Origin: an uncultured virus (IMG/VR IMGVR_UViG_3300025849_000011)
Lineage: Duplodnaviria; Heunggongvirae; Uroviricota; Caudoviricetes
Length of the DNA: 64,000 nt
Direction: 5' to 3' (one strand)
IMG/VR virus record: IMGVR_UViG_3300025849_000011
In this document: positions 9,394 through 17,626 of the stretch, piece by piece
How the letters are laid out: the number at the start of each line of letters is the position of its first letter
How positions within the stretch are numbered: the first letter of the stretch is position 1
Translations under genes and position numbers: made by a program
Notes under the pieces: generated by a model
Told to the model about the DNA's origin: nothing
Seen by the model: the letters and a program-made list of their open reading frames with translations, nothing else
Databases searched by the model: none

Positions 9394-10575
9394 GTCAAAA
9401 AATTCGCTTAGTGGGTTTGTTTCATCAATTCGTTCTTGACAGATTTTGAAATATTCTTCTGATTTCTCAATACCAATAAAGTCAAAACCCAAATCTTTTG
9501 CTGCCATACCAGTAGAGCCAGAACCCATAAATGGATCAAGTACAGTACCACCTTTGGGCGTGACAAGTCTCACTAAGTATTTCATCAACTCTTGTGGTTT
9601 GACTGTTGGATGTTTGTTATTTTCCCCACGTTCTTTTTTTGATACTTTTGGGCAATAGAAGAAACGCGCCCAATCTTGCTGTAGTCCATCGTGCATTATA
9701 TTTGCTGGGAAGCGTCCAGTGGGTTGTTTAAATTCCCCGCACCCATGAGTAAACCCAGAACCCTTGCCAGACTTTCTATCCTCATTTTGCCATTGGCTAG
9801 ACTCGTCCTTCCCTCGCTTCTCTCCGCTATATGTCCCACCATTTAGGTTGTCATTAGTCTCCACCCGACTAGCATCAATATTGATAGCACCAGTTCCATG
9901 TTTCAACACATTCTTAGCAACAGTACTTTCGGATATTGGTTTTCGCCCGACTGCAATCGGTTCGTGCGCTGGTTTTAGGGCTGTTCCCCAACCATCCCAT
10001 TGCTTGGCTGCTTCGGTGGCGGGTGCTGTGATGACCGCTTCAGTTTGCGCTTGCCTTGGTTTGTCATAACTTGGCATCTTGTCGCTGGTTGTGTTTTTAT
10101 TTGCTCTAGCCCTTGCTGCATGGTCTATCCCCACCACCTCACGCTCTGCCCCTGCCGCCTTGTCAATCGCCTTGCTGATATTCATACTCTTTGGAAATCC
10201 AGAACCATACAACCACATCATTTGATCACGAATCTCAAACCCAGCATCTTCTATTGCAACCGCCATTCTATGATAATTGCGTGAAGCCGAAAATGCAAGT
10301 AAGTGTCCACCCGGCTTCAATAATTCCCAAGCAAGTCTCCAAGTCTCAGCACGAAATGCAATATCGCCACCGTCCCACTCTTGACCCATGAAACCAGAAG
10401 ATGCTCTTGCAAATGCACCATCAGTACCTTGTTTTGCTGGTGCAGAACCTTCTTTTCCAAATCTGTCCACGATAGATTGTAGGTGATATGGTGGGTCTGT
10501 AACTACCGCATCAACTTGAACGCCTTGGTCAATTAATTTCTGCATTTCTTCAATACAGTCACCGCTAATAATCAT
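9391..10575 (-). CDS. DNA amino (N6-A/N4-C) methyltransferase, beta class
   Basis: VTDPPY, HPTVKP, VLDPFMGSGSTG. Confidence 0.9.
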   Translation of the reverse strand: MIISGDCIEEMQKLIDQGVQVDAVVTDPPYHLQSIVDRFGKEGSAPAKQGTDGAFARASSGFMGQEWDGGDIAFRAETWRLAWELLKPGGHLLAFSASRNYHRMAVAIEDAGFEIRDQMMWLYGSGFPKSMNISKAIDKAAGAEREVVGIDHAARARANKNTTSDKMPSYDKPRQAQTEAVITAPATEAAKQWDGWGTALKPAHEPIAVGRKPISESTVAKNVLKHGTGAINIDASRVETNDNLNGGTYSGEKRGKDESSQWQNEDRKSGKGSGFTHGCGEFKQPTGRFPANIMHDGLQQDWARFFYCPKVSKKERGENNKHPTVKPQELMKYLVRLVTPKGGTVLDPFMGSGSTGMAAKDLGFDFIGIEKSEEYFKICQERIDETNPLSEFFD

Positions 10576-11000
10576 ATATTTTTCACTCGCTTTCTTAAAT
10601 CACTAGATGAAAATCTGTGGTCTCTTTTGTTATAGTATATCTCTATGCCACGCTTTGAACAAATAGCGCGACCAGTAAACTTACCGTTTTTATATTCCTC
10701 ACCTATAATTCTTATGTTTATAGGAAACATGGATAATATATCCTCTAAGTCTTGCTCTGTTTGATATGGAATAATTTCATCAACATATTTTACGGCTGCA
10801 AGTTGGGTATGTCGCTCAACTAATGTCTGTACTGGTGTATTCTTCTCTGGTCTATCCAAAGATGGATCAACTTGCAATGCACATATTAAATAATCGCATT
10901 GTGATTTTGCTTCACGCAACATAGCGATATGACCAGCATGTAGAAAATCAAAAGTTGATGCAGTTATACCGACTTTAGTAGTTCCCAAGTTTCTCTCCAA
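10572..11000 (-). CDS. TagD-like cytidylyltransferase
   Basis: TFDFLHAGH (HxGH), KYVDEI, RFSSSDLR. Confidence 0.85.
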   Translation of the reverse strand: MERNLGTTKVGITASTFDFLHAGHIAMLREAKSQCDYLICALQVDPSLDRPEKNTPVQTLVERHTQLAAVKYVDEIIPYQTEQDLEDILSMFPINIRIIGEEYKNGKFTGRAICSKRGIEIYYNKRDHRFSSSDLRKRVKNI

Positions 11001-11668
11001 TCTTGCACTTGATATACTGAGTTTGGTTCGCCAAGATCATACACTCCCATTGCTATAGTATGATCATTACCACCGAAATCACATTTATCTCCATAAAAAT
11101 GTATTATATCAGATTTAGTGAAGTCTGTCAATATCTGAGATTTATCATTACCTTTTATTGTAATATCTATTCCAGTTTCACCCGCGACATTAAAATCAAA
11201 TTCTGTAAATTTTTCTGACAATCGTTTCGCGATATTTTTTCTTTCATTTGTATGATTATCCCAAGCCACATATTGAGTTCTAGCACGTTTTCCAGCATTT
11301 CTACCCACGATAGATAAATTTACAAGACCCGTTCTTTCTTCAATATGACCGCCAGTTCTAACAGGAAATTCGCTTTCACATATCTCTTTATTCAGATATC
11401 CCCACATTGTATCAGGTAGTTTTATTGTACCTTTGTGAACATTTTTGCCCCTTTCCCACACATCATTTCCAGAGCAATTATAGACACGTTTACACATACC
11501 GTATATAACATTACCAACTTGTTCAATTGTTTTTTCTTTATCACTACCAGTGACAAGATATACATTATTTAATGTGCAGAAGTCAAAGAAGAATGAACTG
11601 AATTTTTCATCCATCTTGGCCCTACTTGGCGTAAGTGTTCCATCAACATCAAATATATAGTGAATCAT
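10964..11668 (-). CDS. HAD-IIB phosphomannomutase-like phosphotransferase
   Basis: FDVDGTLT, LVTGSD, HIEERTG, FYGDKCDFGGNDH (alpha-PMM type). Confidence 0.8.
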   Translation of the reverse strand: MIHYIFDVDGTLTPSRAKMDEKFSSFFFDFCTLNNVYLVTGSDKEKTIEQVGNVIYGMCKRVYNCSGNDVWERGKNVHKGTIKLPDTMWGYLNKEICESEFPVRTGGHIEERTGLVNLSIVGRNAGKRARTQYVAWDNHTNERKNIAKRLSEKFTEFDFNVAGETGIDITIKGNDKSQILTDFTKSDIIHFYGDKCDFGGNDHTIAMGVYDLGEPNSVYQVQDWRETWELLKSV

Positions 11669-12882
11669 ATTTTATTGCCTATTAAATCCTCAAGAGTTTT
11701 TAATACTTCTTGACTCTTATCTTCCATATTATTTTCTATACACATTTTAACACATTTTCGTGTAAAGTCAAGAGAAAAACGCTTTCCATCCTTATCCATT
11801 CCAGTGTTAATCAAATACACATTACAATTATTTTCATGAATTTTTCGCATTAATAAGTCACTGTATTCTTTCACTGGCCTTGGCATAAAGGGTGATCCAT
11901 AACATGGACTAAAGAGTGGCTTAATCTCAGTTGCGCCCTTCTCAGTTCCTGGCATCTGACTTGTATATCCAGTTTCAAAAAATCTACGAACTGTCTCGCC
12001 ACTAATCTTGCTGTATGGTGGAAATACACCCTTTGCATCCATAGTTAAGAAAAATATATTATCTGGATGATCAAATTTCTGAGGCTTATGATATGCGTTT
12101 TCAACACAAGTGATAGGGTAACTCAATCTTGCATTTGGTACACCTGGATTTTCTACAACTAAGCAATCTTCTGCCTTCGCTTTTTCAACAGCGTCAAAAA
12201 TAGTCTTATGTGTTTCTGGAGATAACCCCTCACTCTTAGCATAACATCCAGTTTCAATCATTTTAATGCCATGCATATCCCAATAAACTTCATCGTCGCT
12301 AATCAACGCATAATTTGGATCACTACTCAATGTAGTTTTACCTGTACCACTCAAACCAAACATTAAATTAGTAGTTGCATCATATGTAAAGGCACTACAA
12401 TGCATAGGAAGATAATCTAGTTTAGGAAGTTCAAATCCAATGATACCAAACACACCTTTCTTAATCTCACCAAGAAAGGTGGTTCCAGCAATAAACATGG
12501 TTTTAGTATCAAGGTTTACATAGATTTTAGGATGCGGCACATCTAATTCAGTGTTGTGCCAAATTGTCCAATCTGGAACATGATCCCCAAATCCATTAGG
12601 TAGTACATCAAACATATTTTTTACAAATTGTTCATGACGTTCATCATTGGTATATACTTGAAATCTAATATTTGCAGATTCAAATCGTAAAGGTTTTTTG
12701 TAAATATATCCTGTTATCATGCTAGGAAGCATTTGATCTGCAAACAAAAGATAGTCATCCATATTACCAATCTTGCAATATTTTGGTCTTTCCTTACATA
12801 ATTCTGAAGTTGCTTCTCCAAAAAAGTATTTGTTCTCTGGACTGCGACCCGTTGGTTCTGTTGTAATGTTGATATTAGTCAT
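11665..12882 (-). CDS. pckA: ATP-dependent phosphoenolpyruvate carboxykinase (shortened)
   Basis: TGRSP, GEIKKG, MHCSA, FGLSGTGKTTLS, SDDE, GCYAK, RLSYP, FSPCYG.PF, YLINTG. Confidence 0.9.
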   Translation of the reverse strand: MTNINITTEPTGRSPENKYFFGEATSELCKERPKYCKIGNMDDYLLFADQMLPSMITGYIYKKPLRFESANIRFQVYTNDERHEQFVKNMFDVLPNGFGDHVPDWTIWHNTELDVPHPKIYVNLDTKTMFIAGTTFLGEIKKGVFGIIGFELPKLDYLPMHCSAFTYDATTNLMFGLSGTGKTTLSSDPNYALISDDEVYWDMHGIKMIETGCYAKSEGLSPETHKTIFDAVEKAKAEDCLVVENPGVPNARLSYPITCVENAYHKPQKFDHPDNIFFLTMDAKGVFPPYSKISGETVRRFFETGYTSQMPGTEKGATEIKPLFSPCYGSPFMPRPVKEYSDLLMRKIHENNCNVYLINTGMDKDGKRFSLDFTRKCVKMCIENNMEDKSQEVLKTLEDLIGNKI

Positions 12883-13087
12883 TTTCTAATCCTTTATTTT
12901 TAATATGTTCTAATTCAACAGGTTCATGTAGTGCATTTTGTCCTTGAGCATATACTAAACCTGTAGCATTACCTAAAGTCCCTCGCCTTTGATATAATAC
13001 AGGTCTTGCTTCTAACTTTTCTATACGTCTTTGTAAATCTGCAATCTGCTTTTCAATATTAACACCAGCATCAGCATATGCGTTCAT
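12875..13087 (-). CDS. Hypothetical protein
   Basis: 70 aa with RBS; N-terminus YADAGVNI. Confidence 0.6.
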   Translation of the reverse strand: MNAYADAGVNIEKQIADLQRRIEKLEARPVLYQRRGTLGNATGLVYAQGQNALHEPVELEHIKNKGLEND

Positions 13088-13098
13088 TTTAATATCCT

Positions 13099-13449
13099 TT
13101 ATAAAGCAGCATAACCAACTGTTTCTCTCACAATATCATTATGGTTAAATTCTGCCCAATATAACTCATATGCAATACCAGATTGAATACACTCAAACTG
13201 ATGAAAAACTCCGGGTTTTACTTTGGTATAATCTCCTGGCCCTAAAATAGTTTCGTCAACTAAATCATAATCCTCAGACCAAACCTTTATTTTCATCATA
13301 CCTTCTTCAACATAAAATCCATTCCATTTAAATTCATGCATATGTTTGGAACAAACACCACCTTCTTTCATTTGAATTCTATGAAATTCTAATGCACCAT
13401 TTGCTTCAATCAATTCTGTTTGACCCCATACCTTACCAGCGATTGTCAT
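13099..13449 (-). CDS. Cupin domain protein
   Basis: KVWGQTE, CSKHMHEFK.NGFYVEEG, PGVFHQF. Confidence 0.8.
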   Translation of the reverse strand: MTIAGKVWGQTELIEANGALEFHRIQMKEGGVCSKHMHEFKWNGFYVEEGMMKIKVWSEDYDLVDETILGPGDYTKVKPGVFHQFECIQSGIAYELYWAEFNHNDIVRETVGYAAL

Positions 13450-14249
13450 ACTTTACTCCATTTGCTTGCTTCATATATCATATCTATGTTTGATTTAATT
13501 CTTTCATTAAACTCTTCATCTGTTTGTGAATGGAATAGACCTTCACTCAAACCTCTACTGAAACTTGCACTCATATGTGGTGAACGAGACAATCTGGCAC
13601 ATGCTTCCTCAGTTGAATACCCCCCACTTAGACCAACAATCTTTTCAACTGAATTGTATTCATACAAATTATTGTACGTTTCTGAAATATCAGGTATGGT
13701 AAGTTTAAGAATAAGTTGTCCAGGAAAATCTCTACAACGATTCATCAATTCATCATTTAGATGTTTTTCAATGATTGATTTATTAAAAGCATCAATAGGA
13801 ACTTCTGGTTCTACTATTGGCGTGAGGCCAGCGTTTGAAATTCTCCATGCTAACTCAAATTGTTGATCAAGAAGTTTTGGAACATCATACATATCCTTAA
13901 CGATACTTCTCATTTTGGTTCCCACACAACCAGACCCTAAAGCAAAACGTATCATTGAATCAATATCAAATACCTTCAAGAAACCATTTGCTTCACATCC
14001 ACTATCAACCTTCAGAATAGCATGGATACCTTTATTTGCAAGAACAGCCACCATATCCTTTTCAACAGAATCTTTGTAAAGAATTGCATGACTAATCTTA
14101 TCACTTGTAAAGTTTTCGTTCAATACCATACGCAACCGCATACGGTGAACTAAATCCATTTTATTATCTTCAGTATATTCTTGACCATATCGCTCTAATA
14201 CGCCGCCAGTGCTACCACCAGAATGATCCATTGCTGCTATAAATGTCAT
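13446..14249 (-). CDS. fda: Class I fructose-bisphosphate aldolase (bacterial type)
   Basis: FIAAMDHSGGST, LKVDSG, GTKMRS, PIVEPEV, ILKLTIP, LSGGYS, ASFSRGL. Confidence 0.9.
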   Translation of the reverse strand: MTFIAAMDHSGGSTGGVLERYGQEYTEDNKMDLVHRMRLRMVLNENFTSDKISHAILYKDSVEKDMVAVLANKGIHAILKVDSGCEANGFLKVFDIDSMIRFALGSGCVGTKMRSIVKDMYDVPKLLDQQFELAWRISNAGLTPIVEPEVPIDAFNKSIIEKHLNDELMNRCRDFPGQLILKLTIPDISETYNNLYEYNSVEKIVGLSGGYSTEEACARLSRSPHMSASFSRGLSEGLFHSQTDEEFNERIKSNIDMIYEASKWSKV

Positions 14250-14305
14250 GCATTTCTCCTATATTATAAATCTTTTTTAAATTATCTTAAACCTATGTAT
14301 TCGTG

Positions 14306-14334
14306 TGAATAGCCTATGATTCGTGTGGTGTCAA
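14306..14334 (-). promoter_or_regulatory. Promoter TTGACA-17-TATTCA with CGAATCA in spacer
   Basis: Heads the fba-pckA operon; same architecture recurs at 17598-17626. Confidence 0.5.
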
Positions 14335-14339
14335 CAGGT

Positions 14340-15302
14340 TTATATAAAAAAATCTTCTAAAGTTGTAGGTTTTTCGTACTGTGGAACTAAAGTACCGGCT
14401 GTTACTTGACGATCAAAATTCATAATATGATCACCAAGCCACTTAACAACAGGAACTGTCATTCCATTCAGCATGTACAATTGCATATTAGATAGATCAC
14501 AACCATCAAAAAAGTCAGTAGGGTAACCCTGTAGGGCTAAACGCTCATTAACAGCCAACTTACGCAGACCACCACTGTCTAGTACCAGATCAGTAAAGTC
14601 TTTGTAATCACGTTTCAAGATAGTAGATGCTACTCCTTTTTCGCCAAACTGGTCACTTCTTTGTCTAGTAAAGAAGGCAAATGGATATCCGCCTTTGCAT
14701 CCCTGTTCAAAATTCCAAGGGCGGCTTTTTTGGATATGTAAAGTTTTGGATTGGATTGCTTTGTCACTGCGCCCGACAAATCCGAATATATCGGCTCCTT
14801 CGGGGATTCCATCACGGACTGCCAGAATGTAAACTCTACGTCTTCGCTGTGGGACTCCAAAGTATTGGCTGTCGCACATCGTCCAAGTCGCATCGTACCC
14901 GATTTCGGCAAGGTCTTGCAGAATGACATTAAGTCCTCTTGAAAGCAATGCGCTGACGTTTTCAATAACTGCATATTTTGGTTTTGTTTCATCAATTAAT
15001 CTCCTAAATTCACGCCAAAGGCCAGAACGTTCGCCTTCAATGATACCTTTGTTTTTACCGCCTATAGATATGTCTTGACACGGAAACCCACCACAGATCA
15101 AATCAAAGTCAACCCCATCACGTTTAAGGTCTTCGCCAGTTACTGTTGTGACGTCACCATATATGGGAACCCCTTGCCAATTCTTTTTCAAAACACGTTT
15201 GGCGTATTCTTCGTATTCACAAAACGCAACAGTCTCCATGCCAGATTGTTCAAACCCTAGACTGTAGCCACCACTTCCACTGAATATATCGAATACCTTC
15301 AT
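14340..15302 (-). CDS. C5 cytosine DNA methyltransferase family protein
   Basis: DIFSGSGG (I), GGFPCQD (IV), IENV (VI), PQRRRRVY (VIII), ERLALQGYP (IX), atypical motif X LNGMTVPVV. Confidence 0.9.
   Translation of the reverse strand: MKVFDIFSGSGGYSLGFEQSGMETVAFCEYEEYAKRVLKKNWQGVPIYGDVTTVTGEDLKRDGVDFDLICGGFPCQDISIGGKNKGIIEGERSGLWREFRRLIDETKPKYAVIENVSALLSRGLNVILQDLAEIGYDATWTMCDSQYFGVPQRRRRVYILAVRDGIPEGADIFGFVGRSDKAIQSKTLHIQKSRPWNFEQGCKGGYPFAFFTRQRSDQFGEKGVASTILKRDYKDFTDLVLDSGGLRKLAVNERLALQGYPTDFFDGCDLSNMQLYMLNGMTVPVVKWLGDHIMNFDRQVTAGTLVPQYEKPTTLEDFFI
14630..14992 (-). CDS. Nested +1-frame protein inside the C5 MTase (M.EcoHK31I beta-like)
   Basis: 120 codons open; AGGAG 8 nt before the ATG; LYISKKAALGILNRDAKADIHLP motif. 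Confidence 0.6.
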   Translation of the reverse strand: MKQNQNMQLLKTSAHCFQEDLMSFCKTLPKSGTMRLGRCATANTLESHSEDVEFTFWQSVMESPKEPIYSDLSGAVTKQSNPKLYISKKAALGILNRDAKADIHLPSLLDKEVTSLAKKE

Positions 15303-16033
15303 GCTTCGTTTCTTTCTATGATATAACCACCAAATTCACCATAGCGAAAAAATTCAGTGTATTTGTATGAACTAAAAAGAGTTTCTGGATTTATCGGACG
15401 CTGTACACCAGACAAAGATAATTCTTTCTTAATAATATCATCTGGTTTTGCGCCACTTTCCATCTTTGCCCTCAAAGTAAGGCGAGAAAGCACAGTAGAT
15501 ACATAACCACCCGTTGGAATGGTTTTCTCTACTATCACCAACGCGCCATCATCTCTTAGGCTATCCATCATGCCATCAAGCAACAAGGTTCGTCTGTGTG
15601 GTGGTATGAACATCATTGTGAGGAACATTACCCCAAAGTCAAATTCTTCAAATGAATGTTGTGTAGCATCTGTAACAATCACAGGATTGTCACCAGTGTA
15701 CATATCAGCCATCTGTTGGCTTTTTTCAATCGGAATAAAGTCTACGTTTCTCTCAGTGAGAATAGACTTCAAGGTACGCTCTACATTACCTGTACTCGCA
15801 CCAACATCATAAACAGTACCCTGTTCTGGTATGTAGTGATTAGCGATTTGAGCAATAGCACTACTTACCATATCGTACCAAGGTAGTTGTTCGCGCACAT
15901 GATCGTCAAAGTTTCTTGCGACCTTGACGTCATTAAATGTCCAGTTTGTGGGTATATCAATCATATTTCCATACTTTCTTTTCATACATATGAATTTAAA
16001 TATTCGGTTTCTCCAAATAAACTCATAATACAT
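15299..16033 (-). CDS. CmoA-like (carboxy-SAM synthase family) protein
   Basis: WTF...VARNFDDHVREQLPWY, VYDVGASTG, GALVIVEK, FFRYGEFGG; true start may be the MIDIP Met. Confidence 0.8.
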   Translation of the reverse strand: MYYEFIWRNRIFKFICMKRKYGNMIDIPTNWTFNDVKVARNFDDHVREQLPWYDMVSSAIAQIANHYIPEQGTVYDVGASTGNVERTLKSILTERNVDFIPIEKSQQMADMYTGDNPVIVTDATQHSFEEFDFGVMFLTMMFIPPHRRTLLLDGMMDSLRDDGALVIVEKTIPTGGYVSTVLSRLTLRAKMESGAKPDDIIKKELSLSGVQRPINPETLFSSYKYTEFFRYGEFGGYIIERNEA

Positions 16034-16958
16034 TCCTATATGCGTATTCTATTGCTCTATCGGCTTCAACAGCCAAAGGTCTTTTTTCATATTTTCTAGA
16101 AGTCTCACTGTCTAGTTCTCTTATCAGTTGCTCCAACTCAAATGATGTGATTGGATACTTTTTACTTATTGCATTCATTGCAGTACTTACCATAATTTTA
16201 TATATCATAGCATATCTGCCAGAATTGTCAACACCAGAAATATCAAACCAATCTTGTATTTGACGTTTATTCACAAATGGACAATCTCTATATCCTGTCC
16301 ACTTAAAATCTAAATTATCTAGTTTATTCTTTTCATATTGAATTGCTCTATCCGCTATGTGTTTTGGCATACGGTCTTTGAAACTACTACCACTTTTCAC
16401 TTCATATGAATGTTTACTCATTAATTTGTTAGGATCAATATCACTACCAACATTATTGAATATAAAGTTGTTAGCATTAGAATAATTAGCAGGGATATAA
16501 TACATCCTGGATAAGTCTTTTGTTTGCCCATCTCCGATTTCACTGAGTTCTTTATTAAGAGCGTACCAAAAGTGGCGAATTTTAGAATTTTCAACCTCTT
16601 TACTGAGCGGAAATACAAGTCTAAACTTTGGGTGGTCAATAGAACTACTAGCGGTACTATAACAAATATAGGTATAATCGCCAAAGCGATTAAATAACTC
16701 ATCTTTTAAGTTTCCTTTAAAGACATGATCATCAACATCAACAGCAGTCCAATTTGCCCAATTAACCACATTCGCGTTTGCCCTAGTCGTATTAGATAAG
16801 TAAGTAGCAGGTGATATAAGTTGGGCATCTTTTTTACTTTCTATTTTTTGTTCTGATAATTTATATAGGAAATCCTTAAAGGCTTCCCACCGCGAGAAAT
16901 TCATTCTACGGTGGGTTTTGTTATCATATATAGATTTGAATATTGTAAGCGAGTACAC
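16023..16958 (-). CDS. Putative AEP-superfamily primase/PrimPol-like protein
   Basis: AVDVDD (DxD), YSTASS....KFRLVFPL, D..TKDLSRMYYIP. Confidence 0.6.
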   Translation of the reverse strand: MYSLTIFKSIYDNKTHRRMNFSRWEAFKDFLYKLSEQKIESKKDAQLISPATYLSNTTRANANVVNWANWTAVDVDDHVFKGNLKDELFNRFGDYTYICYSTASSSIDHPKFRLVFPLSKEVENSKIRHFWYALNKELSEIGDGQTKDLSRMYYIPANYSNANNFIFNNVGSDIDPNKLMSKHSYEVKSGSSFKDRMPKHIADRAIQYEKNKLDNLDFKWTGYRDCPFVNKRQIQDWFDISGVDNSGRYAMIYKIMVSTAMNAISKKYPITSFELEQLIRELDSETSRKYEKRPLAVEADRAIEYAYRNVL

Positions 16959-17299
16959 TACATATCCTTTAAGTCAGATTCCTTGACAAAAATACCGTCA
17001 ACCATGCGCCCTTTACGATCTTTAATATCGTTGTAAGCAACTGTTAAACACTCATTCATAGTAATATTATTACGTTTCATAATATTGATCATTACAACCA
17101 TCATATCACCTAAATCGTCACGAATATCATTACCTTTACAAACGCTGTCCGACAATTCTCCCAACTCTTGCATCAACTTCAAAACTTGGTCTTTGTCACT
17201 TGATCCATCAATCAAATTACGATTTTCGTGCCAATCACCAATTTTATTGATTAGTGCCATCACAGGAAATTCGTGCGTTTTGATTTTTTTAGTTTCCAT
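16958..17299 (-). CDS. MazG-like nucleotide pyrophosphohydrolase
   Basis: KLMQELGEL, DDLGD, AYNDIKDRKG. Confidence 0.85.
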   Translation of the reverse strand: METKKIKTHEFPVMALINKIGDWHENRNLIDGSSDKDQVLKLMQELGELSDSVCKGNDIRDDLGDMMVVMINIMKRNNITMNECLTVAYNDIKDRKGRMVDGIFVKESDLKDM

Positions 17300-17320
17300 A
17301 ATATATCCTTTATTTAAATT

Positions 17321-17355
17321 TGTCCCATACTAACATATATGGGACATTTTGTCAA
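17321..17355 (-). promoter_or_regulatory. Promoter TTGACA-17-TAGTAT overlapped by a 9-bp inverted repeat
   Basis: TGTCCCATA-N8-TATGGGACA brackets the -10. Confidence 0.55.
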
Positions 17356-17361
17356 CATATT

Positions 17362-17565
17362 TTATCTGTAAACTTCTACTCCAACATGCCAGTATGTTTT
17401 AGTATCAGTAACCCATGGCATACTTTTAAATATATCTGCCTCATTTACAAAGAATGGCCCAGTAATGTAAACATCACAACTAGGATCATACGATTGCTTT
17501 TCAGCATCAACAAACTTCAAGGCATCGGCCTCTGAATCAAATTTATACTCTTTTTTACTGTGCAT
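17362..17565 (-). CDS. Hypothetical protein
   Basis: 67 aa with AGGAG RBS. Confidence 0.65.
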   Translation of the reverse strand: MHSKKEYKFDSEADALKFVDAEKQSYDPSCDVYITGPFFVNEADIFKSMPWVTDTKTYWHVGVEVYR

Positions 17566-17597
17566 GATATTCTCCTAATTAATTAACTTCAACTATA

Positions 17598-17626
17598 TGA
17601 ATACATGATTCGTATTAGGGAGTCAA
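17598..17626 (-). promoter_or_regulatory. Promoter TTGACT-17-TATTCA with CGAATCA in spacer
   Basis: Same architecture as 14306-14334. Confidence 0.5.
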
